A stretch of 64,000 nt of DNA from Gemmatimonadaceae bacterium (lineage in GTDB: Bacteria; Gemmatimonadota; Gemmatimonadetes; Gemmatimonadales; Gemmatimonadaceae), in NCBI GenBank assembly GCA_040901985.1, contig JBBDYC010000009.1, positions 248,644 to 312,643 on the forward strand. The letters run 5' to 3'. This document shows, piece after piece, positions 31,325-40,556 of the stretch (its first letter is position 1; each line of letters opens with the position of its first letter). The translations under genes and the position numbers were made by a program. The notes below the pieces were generated by a model that was not told the DNA's origin, did not search any database, and saw only the letters and a list, made by a program, of their open reading frames with translations.

Positions 31325-31675
31325 TCACTCACATCCCCACCCATCACGGTCTCGATCAAGATCGAAGACATCTGGACCAGTAACCCTTACGGTACCTGTG
31401 TAGTTCGGTCCGTTTCCAGATCCACCAGCACAATCATAATCGCCAGCATTCACCTTTAAGCAACCAGAGTAGCTAGAGTGGCAACTTGATCGTTCTGGTG
31501 CTGAAGCAGCCTTCTGAATCGGCTGAATATTCTGGGCATTCTGCACAGGTATGGGTACATACAAGCTTGTATCAGTACTCTCGGGTTCTGAAGAGCCCAT
31601 CGCCATTAGCCCCACAAGAGCACCGCTCGCCAGGATGATTTTGGTGGTAGGAGTCATGTTCTTTACCGCTATCAT
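31325..31675 (-). CDS. Exported protein with excalibur-like Ca-binding C-terminus
   Basis: Hydrophobic N-terminus; DYDCAGGSGNGP...DLDRDRDGWGCE. Confidence 0.75.
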   Translation of the reverse strand: MIAVKNMTPTTKIILASGALVGLMAMGSSEPESTDTSLYVPIPVQNAQNIQPIQKAASAPERSSCHSSYSGCLKVNAGDYDCAGGSGNGPNYTGTVRVTGPDVFDLDRDRDGWGCE

Positions 31676-31736
31676 ATACCTATCACTCAGCTAAGCAAAC
31701 ACGATCTGTCCTTGGCTCAATACAAAGGACTAGATA

Positions 31737-31758
31737 TCCCCGAAGTCCCCATGTCTAC
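31737..31758 (+). repeat. Isolated 22-bp motif TCCCCGAAGTCCCCATGTCTAC
   Basis: Identical to 31055-31076 and 33457-33478. Confidence 0.92.
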
Positions 31759-31781
31759 TGGCCTGCCTCCCCAGGGCCTAT

Positions 31782-32597
31782 TTATGCGCTCGATTCGAAG
31801 ACATTAAACTTCTTTGAATACGAATAGATCGAACGAAAACCCGTATCCTTTGTGTGCTGGTCCAAATGATTTAAGAAGTGCTTATCGAAGAGTTTGGTGA
31901 AGGCGTTGTCTACGCCAGTTTGCTCCTGTTCAAGCTTCTTGCGGATCAAATACGTGACACAGTCCGCAAACTGCATCGCATCAAAACACTCTGCAGATAA
32001 GAATGAGAACCGTACCGTAAGCTGGTTCGTGCCTGGCTTCTTCTCCGCAATCCTAGCAATCTGCCTCGTGATTTGATCTTTATACACAGCTTCCAAGTTG
32101 TTCAACCTATCCAAAGTAGTGCGCATCCCAATCCTACCAGACCTTACCGTGTGTGCTCGCCTCCCCTCAAACATCACAGTTAGTGTCGACACATCCTTAA
32201 ACATCGTGTTAAGTGTGTACCCACTACCCTTCATCTTGTTGGCTAGCGCAAACACACTCTGCTTCGCGAAGTAGTGTTCGTAAGTCTCGCTAGTTGGAAT
32301 AAATGAGTCATTCCTCCTGTATAGAAAGGAGTGAAAGTAGACTTTCTCCGTACTGTGAAATGCAGCGAGCCAGCGATCCATCAATGCAAGTTGCCGAGAG
32401 TCTGTCTCACTTATTTCGCTACCATGTAGCGTCACCCAACATTCCGGGGCTACTTTCCTAGCTTGCTTGAGCGCATTCAGAAACTCAAACTCTCCCTTAT
32501 CGGAATCGGTTATCAGATAACCAACTAAAGTATGGTTTCGATCGTTGATGCCAATTTCAGTTGATTCGTCAACCCAGATCGTGATTGCCTTTTCCAT
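31782..32597 (-). CDS. DUF3800-like protein
   Basis: N-terminal IWVDES, LH..E, C-terminal MQFAD. Confidence 0.6.
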   Translation of the reverse strand: MEKAITIWVDESTEIGINDRNHTLVGYLITDSDKGEFEFLNALKQARKVAPECWVTLHGSEISETDSRQLALMDRWLAAFHSTEKVYFHSFLYRRNDSFIPTSETYEHYFAKQSVFALANKMKGSGYTLNTMFKDVSTLTVMFEGRRAHTVRSGRIGMRTTLDRLNNLEAVYKDQITRQIARIAEKKPGTNQLTVRFSFLSAECFDAMQFADCVTYLIRKKLEQEQTGVDNAFTKLFDKHFLNHLDQHTKDTGFRSIYSYSKKFNVFESSA

Positions 32598-32606
32598 CTG
32601 GCATCA

Positions 32607-32843
32607 CTAACCCTTCGGCGGATGAGGGTCACTCCCGTATGTATTTCTCTCGCGAATACGACCATCCCTCGAATGGATAAACAGTTCTGATTCGTTGTTC
32701 TTTGCAACCTTGGTTGCGAATCGGATGGCCTGATCCTGACGATCAAACACTTTCGTATCCTTGTCTGCTCCCGCTTTCTTTACAGCCCAGCCATCCGAAC
32801 GAGGCAATACATGCTGATTGTTACTATTGCGCACCTTTGTCAT
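32607..32843 (-). CDS. DUF2188 family protein
   Basis: QHVLPR.DGWAVK.AG...Q..AI..A...SELFIH.RDGRIRERNTYG.DP.PPKG; TGGTATAAT 6 nt upstream. Confidence 0.88.
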   Translation of the reverse strand: MTKVRNSNNQHVLPRSDGWAVKKAGADKDTKVFDRQDQAIRFATKVAKNNESELFIHSRDGRIRERNTYGSDPHPPKG

Positions 32844-32915
32844 GTCGACATTATACCACACTCACTATCTATTCAGGTTGCACACTTATTCAGTACCGCA
32901 TCCTGTACCTGCCCC

Positions 32916-32940
32916 TCACGCAAATAACACCCTCATCACA
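32916..32940 (+). repeat. 25-bp motif TCACGCAAATAACACCCTCATCACA, copy 1
   Basis: Identical to 35490-35514. Confidence 0.92.
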
Positions 32941-33251
32941 CTAGGGTCTCGATCGTTCAGAATGGAATCGGGCGCCCAATTAGTAGCTAATCAGCAGTAA
33001 CATGGATTTGAACATGTTTGGTCGTCGAGAGCGTCCTATACCAGAGGACGCCAAAAAGACTCTCAATGAAATCCTTGAGTTGGTAGAGAGCGATGTCGAG
33101 TTCCTTCGCGAAAGCGTTCGAGCTCTAGGCAGAGAGCTTGTATATCACCTCAAGGGAGAGGCTTCAGACATATAGGTGGTACGAACAGCGGTATTTCCAT
33201 ATCCAACGTCGAAGATTCGAATTCTCTACCTCACCAATAGCACACTTTGCT

Positions 33252-33479
33252 TGCGGGCAGTGGTGAAGGACGTTCGAACCCTTTTGCGTGATCACGACGA
33301 CGTCTTTACAGACATCATATCAAAGATCAAACAGATATTCTCTCTAATCAGAAAGGCACCGCCAAGGGACGAAACCCAAGGCAGTGCCGTCTTATCGTGA
33401 TTCGTTCTCTATGATAGAGATCTACGAATCGCTGTCAATCAGCTCTCTTACCAATGTCCCCGAAGTCCCCATGTCTACC
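33252..33479 (+). repeat. 228-bp direct repeat copy 2 (alternative recombinase C-terminus + promoter + 22-bp motif)
   Basis: Encodes LRAVVKDVRT...QGSAVLS* with the stop at the same offset as in copy 1. Confidence 0.95.
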
Positions 33480-33491
33480 AAGTAGGTGTTG

Positions 33492-35411
33492 TTAAAGAGG
33501 CCGATTGAACTGGGCAGATGGCACGTGCGGTGCCATATCAGCCAAGAACTGACTGGCTTGCAGATACGCAATACCACGGAACCGGCGTGCCGGAGATATT
33601 CGTTGAACGTGAGTACTGGCTGATTCCATCGTCTGCGAGTACGAAAGGGCGAGATATCCCTGGCGGCCTTCTTCAGGCCTCGCCTTCACGCGTGTAATCC
33701 CAACATAGAACAACCTGCGATCCTCTTCGAGTGTCGCAGCCTTCTCAGCATCAGACGCTTCCTTCGACGGCGACGACGGTAGAAGCCCTTCCACACATCC
33801 CGCGATAAAGACGAAAGGGGCGCTCAGACCCTTGCTCTTATGGAGGCTCATAATCCTGACTTCATTCACACTAGGCGGAACTTCGGGTCGGTCCATACTC
33901 TCCTGCAGCGCCTCGTAAAGTTCTTCCGGAGTCGAGCACTCTTCCTTGTGCTCTGCGACTGCTTCAGCAAGTAACTTCGTTTCAGCGCTCGATGGAAGCC
34001 ACCGATCCAGAAACAGAGTCAGATCTGTGGTCGCGCTGAGAGCCGCGAGCTCCGTTGCAATCATCTCAAACTTTCTGACAATCTGGGTGGTGCGTGGAAT
34101 CGCGAGACCGCCGCCAGCGAGTCGCTCTAAGATCTCCCGCGGCGCCTCGCCAGTCCCTGATGCATATGCCATGATGCGCCCGTATTGTTCTGCGTGCCAC
34201 TTAGCATGGCCGCGACCCAATAACCATCTTAAGGCTACTCGGTCTTGCTTGTTGACCAAGAGTTTTAGCAGAGAGTAGCGCTCCTGCGCCTCAACAGTAT
34301 CAAGAGCAGATTCTGCATAGTACGATTTAACGGGAACATTCCTCGTCTGGATTGCATCGAACAGTGTACGTGCGAGACCTTCGCGCTGGGCAAGCACCAT
34401 AATCTCACCTGGCGACACGCCACTCGACACAACTCGTTCAATCTTTTCGGCAACTGCTGCCGCCTCGCTCTCAACCGTACGGTACTGCCGGACCACGACT
34501 TCTCCTGGGCCATTCTCTTCGATCTCTTGCATCGCGCGAGCCGGGACTCTCCCCGGATTCTTCGCAATGAGAGCGTTAGCCATTCGGACGACAGTCGTCG
34601 GACACCGGCGACAATCGTCTATGCCAAAATCCACTCCCGAATGGCTGGTGCTCCATTCGCGAATACCTTGAGGATGAGCGTGCTTGAAACTGTAGATGGA
34701 TTGGTCGTCGTCACCGATCACGCAAAGTGAACTTGCTTCCCCCAACAAATACAGCGTGTCCTGCTCCGCTCGATTCAAATCCTGGTACTCATCAACGAGG
34801 ACGTGAGAAAACTCTCGAAGCTCGTCCGCGCTGGGATTCGACTTCAGAAACTTGTACAAATGCGGGATAATCTCCTCGAGGAGCATAGCTCGATGAAAAC
34901 GCAGCCACGAAATCAGATCATCTTGAAACCTCTGTTCTTCTGCTGTCCGAGTGAATCCTGGGTCATCCGCCTGAAGTCGGGCCCAGGCTGCTCCATAAGC
35001 GCTCATCAGCTTGCGACGAGCGTGGATGGTGCCATGTTGCGACCCGAGGTCGTACATCAGCGGCGTAAGTTCAAACTTGCTCAATGCTCTTGGATGTCGC
35101 CCCAGAGCAGACAAGACATGATTTCTCATTAAAATCGACATCGCAAGACTGTGGACGGTTCGTCCATGAAGCCCGACAACCCCGAGCTTTGCCAAATCAC
35201 GGTGAAGGTCATCGGCCGCTACGCGAGTAAAAGTCACGGCCAGGACTTTTGCCGGCGCAACTTTCTCAACCTCGAGAAGTCGAGCGACTCGACGGTTCAT
35301 TGCGAACGATTTCCCGGTGCCCGGGCCAGCCAGCACACGAATTCGATTGCTCGTCGATGCCGCGACTTCGTATGCGGGAGTTCCCGCGACTAGTTCATCG
35401 TTCCATGCCAT
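33492..35411 (-). CDS. UvrD/Rep SF1 helicase (GajB-like size)
   Basis: AGPGTGKS, VDEYQD, IGDDDQSIY, SLHKSKGL, EDRRLFYVGITR. Confidence 0.92.
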   Translation of the reverse strand: MAWNDELVAGTPAYEVAASTSNRIRVLAGPGTGKSFAMNRRVARLLEVEKVAPAKVLAVTFTRVAADDLHRDLAKLGVVGLHGRTVHSLAMSILMRNHVLSALGRHPRALSKFELTPLMYDLGSQHGTIHARRKLMSAYGAAWARLQADDPGFTRTAEEQRFQDDLISWLRFHRAMLLEEIIPHLYKFLKSNPSADELREFSHVLVDEYQDLNRAEQDTLYLLGEASSLCVIGDDDQSIYSFKHAHPQGIREWSTSHSGVDFGIDDCRRCPTTVVRMANALIAKNPGRVPARAMQEIEENGPGEVVVRQYRTVESEAAAVAEKIERVVSSGVSPGEIMVLAQREGLARTLFDAIQTRNVPVKSYYAESALDTVEAQERYSLLKLLVNKQDRVALRWLLGRGHAKWHAEQYGRIMAYASGTGEAPREILERLAGGGLAIPRTTQIVRKFEMIATELAALSATTDLTLFLDRWLPSSAETKLLAEAVAEHKEECSTPEELYEALQESMDRPEVPPSVNEVRIMSLHKSKGLSAPFVFIAGCVEGLLPSSPSKEASDAEKAATLEEDRRLFYVGITRVKARPEEGRQGYLALSYSQTMESASTHVQRISPARRFRGIAYLQASQFLADMAPHVPSAQFNRPL

Positions 35412-35489
35412 GGCCTTACGCTATCGCAATTCCTCGCTTAATGGAACACGCAACGCCCACGGCTTCCCCACCCGCTCCCTTAGCGCGCA

Positions 35490-35514
35490 TCACGCAAATA
35501 ACACCCTCATCACA
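35490..35514 (+). repeat. 25-bp motif copy 2
   Basis: Identical to 32916-32940. Confidence 0.92.
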
Positions 35515-35572
35515 AGATCGTTGCGCGGTCTGCATAGTTGCCCGCATCCCCAACGTCCCTGGGCGCGATGCC

Positions 35573-38215
35573 CTACAGACCGTACTTTTTCCTCTTGAGC
35601 TCGTAGGACTTGTATCCGCCCTCCAGATGATCGACAACATCGTCCTTGATTGCCTGCTCATCGATTGAGCCGGAACGGGCGACCCATCCCTTTCTTCCAT
35701 CCGCCTCAAAGACAATGAACTGATCTGAATCAGATGAGACCGAGATACTGGAGTTATGAGTGGTGAACACAAACTGCCGCACATGCTTGCTGATACGCAA
35801 TCGTGAGCATATGTTTGCCCAGATAGATGGGATATCCAATGCATCTTCCGGCTGATCGATGACGACCGGCATGGCTCCGTCACCAAGCGCGATCATGATC
35901 AGCGCGTCGGCCTTTTGACCCATGGATAGCTCGGACAATGGATAGTATTGGCCGTCCCGCTTCTGATACGCAATTTCGATCCGGTCCTCTGGATATCCAT
36001 CGTACTGCATAGACATTGTCTTCAGCCGCACTCCAGTCTCATTGAGCGCAGTTACAATAGCTTCCGCTTTCTGTTCAGATATATCGGCGCGCTTCGCCAA
36101 TGCCTTAGCGTTTCGATCCAGGACCATCCGCACGAATTCTACTGGCGTCACCTGACTGACGATTCTGTCGATCTCCTTCTTCTCAGCGTACGATCCAACC
36201 GCGAGGTCCTTCAACAGACCCGTGTATGCGCTCCTGTTGTCGCCGGCCTGCACCGCAATTCTGAGCTTACCTCCCGCCTTGGTTGTTATCAGTTCGGCTT
36301 GCTTGGAACGTTCTGTGAAATAGCGCGTCTTGGTTTCGCCGAGAGTGGCGAGTAGAGTCTCACGTTCAGCGCGGAACTTGCCGTCCTGTTTTGCGGCCTT
36401 CTCGGCCTGGGTGATTCTTGCAACTAGCCCCTTCTTCTCGTCTAGTAATGACCGACGCTTAGTCTCCAAACCTTCTTCCCTCTTCTTCAGTGTGACCGTT
36501 GCAACGTACTCTTTCTCCAACTGTTGATACTTGTTCCTCTTGTCCCACCCACGCAGAGCAATACGCGCTTGCTCATGTGCCTTCTCTACATCCTTCCGAG
36601 TCGCCTTAAGTCCACCTAGAGCGACAGAGTAGCTGGCTCGCAAACTGGTATCGATGGCGCCAATCGTATCAGCTTGAACCTTGCCAGTGGGTGCGTTTTC
36701 CTTGAAAGCTTCAATAGCGTCGTCGATCAATTCCAGCAGAGGATCAAACTCTTCTATCTTCTCCTCAATCGCCGTGCGCTCAGCTGACAATGCCAAGTAC
36801 GGTTTTGACGCCTTGCTCTTGTCTGCGATGCCAATCTGCTTGGATAGCTTCTCGAGTGCCACCTCAGTGTTCTGCAACTGCTTCTTGAGAACCTCGCAGT
36901 TAGCCGAATCCTCAATCGCCTGGTGCAGCTTCTGGTCGAGACGCCCAAGATTCTGACGGATCTCCGTCACTTGGTTCTGGTATGTGTCGAGATCCTGGAA
37001 GTTGTCGAGCAGGCCAAGTTGAGCGTGCTCATCACGCGTTATCTCTAAGATCTCGTTCTGGCTATAGATTAGAAGGGGCACCAGTGACGAGAGGTCGCCG
37101 CTGAACGCCTTCCCCGAGTCGATGTTGACGCAGGACACGGCCGAGGAATAAGGATCACGTGGGTTCTCGTACTTGCGGCAGATCTTATACCGCGTACCCG
37201 AACCGTCGCGATAAATCACAGTCACTTCCCCGTGAATCCGCAATTGCTTCTGCAGCTTCTGCTTGTGATCAGACATCAGCACTTCGGGGGGCTTGCGGTC
37301 AAACACAAATCGCAGGAGTTCAATCGTTAGAGACTTTCCCGTTCCCGTACCGCCGATGATGCTGTTCATCCCGTGATGAAAAGGGATGGTCTGCCGATCT
37401 AGGAACCCGCCACGTATCTCGAGTTGTTCGATTCGCGGGTGTGCCGATGCGATTTTCTCTAGTTCGTAGTCTTGGATAATTCGGCTATCTCGATCCTCGA
37501 AGCACTCGCGCAACGACTCTAGAGTGAGAGCCCCCATGCGAAAGTAGGTGAAATGGCTGCCAATCGTCTCTAGGCAATGGCCTGTCTTGCCGACAATAGG
37601 GTTGTCCGATGCCTTGTATACAGCGAGCTTGCGAAGATATACCGGGTCCTCGCCGTCCAGAACATCAATGAGGCGCTTTTTCCCAGTGACCCCGTCGAAG
37701 TCCCCAGAGGTCGCCTCGACTGCACTGAGATTCTTGTTCTTGACGAGTGCCGCGCGTGGATTGCCCCTGATATCTGAAAGGGCACCATGTGTGGAATTCG
37801 CATGTGCTAGGACAGCAAGACCACCAGCCTGATTGATAATGTCAATCACATCTGCCGGACTCTTCTGTGTCAGCGCATCGCGACCTGCACCGGAGACATC
37901 GAGCTTTCCAAGCACCCTCTGAAGGTCATCTTTGTCGACTCGTGGATCAAAGAGGGCAATGACATGAATGGACCCACTCTGCGTTGCTCCACACGACACT
38001 TCAACGCCAGGGAAGATGGTAAAGCCCTTCGCCTTTGCCGCAGTCTTCATCTTGTCTATGAAGTCAACGGTATTGTGATCCGTCACAGCGATTGCGCTAA
38101 GGCCGATCTCCTGACAGCGTGCGACGATATCGCCTGCGCTCACCGTCTTGTCGAGAAAGTCGTGGGATGCCGGTGTGTGGACGTGGAGATCGAGCTTGTG
38201 GAGTTGTAGTGACAT
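35573..38215 (-). CDS. PHP phosphoesterase + SMC-like ABC ATPase (Ppl/TrlF-like defence protein)
   Basis: DLHVHTPAS, AVTDHN, GVE, AH, ASD; GGTGTGKS, coiled coil, LSMGQ, IDQPED, TTHN. Confidence 0.85.
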   Translation of the reverse strand: MSLQLHKLDLHVHTPASHDFLDKTVSAGDIVARCQEIGLSAIAVTDHNTVDFIDKMKTAAKAKGFTIFPGVEVSCGATQSGSIHVIALFDPRVDKDDLQRVLGKLDVSGAGRDALTQKSPADVIDIINQAGGLAVLAHANSTHGALSDIRGNPRAALVKNKNLSAVEATSGDFDGVTGKKRLIDVLDGEDPVYLRKLAVYKASDNPIVGKTGHCLETIGSHFTYFRMGALTLESLRECFEDRDSRIIQDYELEKIASAHPRIEQLEIRGGFLDRQTIPFHHGMNSIIGGTGTGKSLTIELLRFVFDRKPPEVLMSDHKQKLQKQLRIHGEVTVIYRDGSGTRYKICRKYENPRDPYSSAVSCVNIDSGKAFSGDLSSLVPLLIYSQNEILEITRDEHAQLGLLDNFQDLDTYQNQVTEIRQNLGRLDQKLHQAIEDSANCEVLKKQLQNTEVALEKLSKQIGIADKSKASKPYLALSAERTAIEEKIEEFDPLLELIDDAIEAFKENAPTGKVQADTIGAIDTSLRASYSVALGGLKATRKDVEKAHEQARIALRGWDKRNKYQQLEKEYVATVTLKKREEGLETKRRSLLDEKKGLVARITQAEKAAKQDGKFRAERETLLATLGETKTRYFTERSKQAELITTKAGGKLRIAVQAGDNRSAYTGLLKDLAVGSYAEKKEIDRIVSQVTPVEFVRMVLDRNAKALAKRADISEQKAEAIVTALNETGVRLKTMSMQYDGYPEDRIEIAYQKRDGQYYPLSELSMGQKADALIMIALGDGAMPVVIDQPEDALDIPSIWANICSRLRISKHVRQFVFTTHNSSISVSSDSDQFIVFEADGRKGWVARSGSIDEQAIKDDVVDHLEGGYKSYELKRKKYGL

Positions 38216-38804
38216 GGCAGGTGAGTTTGAGAGCCTGATAATAGCACAGCCCTACGAATCTGCGCTGCCAGTGCCAAGAAGGAGTCGAGGAGCCTCACGG
38301 CCTCCAACTCAGCAGACGTACCACCGCAGGGCACAGCACGCATCACCGCGCTTCGTTGAGGCGCCAGTTCTGAGTCAGTACTGGCCTCGGTCTTGAGCTG
38401 AGAGCACTCAGGCTCCCTGCCGTTCAAGTGCGCAATCTCCCGTGCTAGAGCTTCACGTTGAGCGCGCGCCTGACTCCGGTCCAGGGACTTAGCACCTTGG
38501 GTTCAGCGCGGCGTCTTGGCGCTAGGAGTAACTTCGGTATATATTCGGTTGCCGTCCGTCCCGGCTCTGCGGAGCAGCTCGGCGCCTTGGCTAAGCAGGA
38601 GAGGACCTGCAGAAGGCGTTTTTGCTTCGACGAACGAGGTTGACAGGTGACCTGGATTCACCTCGCTCGGATCAGCACTTGTTCTCGTCTTGGATTCACA
38701 AATCGTGCCGGAGCAGGAGCGCTATCGCGACGTTTTCCGCGGCGAATCTCGTGATATCATTGGGCCAGCAGCATCGCCAATCTTATGCTAACAGAAATGA
38801 CCTC

Positions 38805-40556
38805 ATGAAGAATGGAACACTAAAGATCACGACTCAACAGCCACAGTCGCTCCTCGCACGAGGCTCGACCACAAGCGGTCGCTTCTCTCAACTTGATGCC
38901 ACAAAACTGAGAGGTGGCTACTACACTCCGACCGCACTGGCCGACTGGCTCTGCGCTTGGGCTATTCGGTCAAAGAATGACCTAGTACTCGAACCAAGTT
39001 GCGGCGATGGCGCTTTTCTCGAAGCCGCCTCTAAGAAACTGCGCGCCCTAGGTTCGCGCGATTCGGTGCGAGCAGGGCGCCTTCTCGGTGTTGAGGTCAT
39101 TCCCGCCGAAGCTACCAAGGCTACTGCCCGGCTACGAGTCTCGCTTGGAGCGAGTGCAGCCGGAGTGGTCGCCACAGACGACTTTTTCGCTTGGTGGAAA
39201 CGGCCAGATCGACCGCTCGTTGATGCGGTTGTCGGGAATCCACCGTTCATCCGATATCAGAGTTTCCCGGAACCAAGCCGCAACCGAGCGATGTCCATCA
39301 TGCAGGAACTCGGACTCCGGCCCAACCGCTTGACAAATATTTGGGTTCCCTTCGTCGTAGCGGCGGCCGCGAGCCTGCGTCCTGGGGGCCGTATGGCGCT
39401 CGTGATTCCAGCTGAGTTGCTCCAAGTGTCCTACGCATCACAGCTGCGTTCGTTTCTCACGAATCGCTTTGGGCGCATTGACCTCATCACCTGCAATGAA
39501 CTCTTCTTCGAGAACGCTGAGCAGGAGGTACTTCTGCTATTGGCGGACGATGCGAAGGCGCGCCCTTCGAAAGACAATGTTTGTCGCATGACGCTCACGG
39601 AGACGAGAACTGTCGCTGATCTTGTGAGCCGTAGGCCAAGCGATGTCCTCAGAGGTGCAGAGTCCAAGAGCGTTCACCATGCCTCCGAAAAGTGGCTTAA
39701 GTTCTTCCTAACAGGGGCCGAAATCGACTTCATGCGTAGGCTAAGAGCGTCTAGCCGAACGAATACACTGGCGGCGTTCGCCTCGGTCGATGTCGGTGTG
39801 GTCACCGGCAAGAATAAGTTCTTCGTCCTCAATGAGGATGCGATCAATGAGCACAACCTGAGTAAGTACACAGTGCCACTGGTGTCTCGATCATCACATC
39901 TGGCTGGCGCGAAGATCGGCAGGAAAGAATGGCAACAACTCGCCTCGGCTGGCGACCTTGTTCATTTGTTGCACCTCGCACCACGAAACGGAGGAAAATT
40001 GCCGCTTCCGTTGAGTGCGTATATCAAGGCCGGTGAGGATGACCAACTTCACATGGGATACAAGTGCTCCATTAGGAAGCCGTGGTACGCGGTGCCCTCG
40101 GTGTGGGTTCCTGACGCGTTCATGTTTAGGCAGATATATGACTTCCCTCGCGTGGTCCTAAACGGCGCTGACGCCACATCGACCGACACGATCCACCGCA
40201 TGAATTGCAAAGTCAAACCCGCACTTCTTCTCGCCAATCTTTACACGCACCTAACGGCAGCGTCGGCGGAAATCGAAGGACGCAGCTACGGTGGAGGCGT
40301 GCTAGAGCTCGAACCAACCGAAGCTGAGCGGTTGCTCGTCCCGATGGAACTTGGCGCCGCTCTGCCACTGAGCGAGTGCGATCGACTCGTCCGTGCTGGT
40401 CGACTCGACGAGATTCTTCTGGAAAACGATCGGCGCGTCCTTATGGATCAAATGGGACTTTCCCGGTCCGACTGTAGGATGCTTCGGCGCATATGGGAAA
40501 AGATGCGCGATCGTCGATTGGCCCGCAGACGGACCGGACGTCCGTCAACAGCATGA
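38805..40556 (+). CDS. N6-adenine DNA methyltransferase (companion MTase of a Type IIG system)
   Basis: GGYYTP, LEPSCGDGAF, VVGNPPF; start uncertain. Confidence 0.9.
   Translation: MKNGTLKITTQQPQSLLARGSTTSGRFSQLDATKLRGGYYTPTALADWLCAWAIRSKNDLVLEPSCGDGAFLEAASKKLRALGSRDSVRAGRLLGVEVIPAEATKATARLRVSLGASAAGVVATDDFFAWWKRPDRPLVDAVVGNPPFIRYQSFPEPSRNRAMSIMQELGLRPNRLTNIWVPFVVAAAASLRPGGRMALVIPAELLQVSYASQLRSFLTNRFGRIDLITCNELFFENAEQEVLLLLADDAKARPSKDNVCRMTLTETRTVADLVSRRPSDVLRGAESKSVHHASEKWLKFFLTGAEIDFMRRLRASSRTNTLAAFASVDVGVVTGKNKFFVLNEDAINEHNLSKYTVPLVSRSSHLAGAKIGRKEWQQLASAGDLVHLLHLAPRNGGKLPLPLSAYIKAGEDDQLHMGYKCSIRKPWYAVPSVWVPDAFMFRQIYDFPRVVLNGADATSTDTIHRMNCKVKPALLLANLYTHLTAASAEIEGRSYGGGVLELEPTEAERLLVPMELGAALPLSECDRLVRAGRLDEILLENDRRVLMDQMGLSRSDCRMLRRIWEKMRDRRLARRRTGRPSTA

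Noticed and set aside
33176..33400. Independent 74-aa gene
   Set aside because: It is the duplicated recombinase tail within repeat copy 2; no credible start signal.
33492..35411. Complete Gabija system
   Set aside because: No GajA (OLD ATPase-TOPRIM) gene adjacent.
27663..35514. CRISPR array from the 22-bp or 25-bp repeats
   Set aside because: Copies are hundreds to thousands of bp apart, separated by genes; no cas genes.
30850..35514. Classical integron with attC sites
   Set aside because: No IntI-type integrase beside it and no RYYYAAC…GTTRRRY attC palindromes seen.
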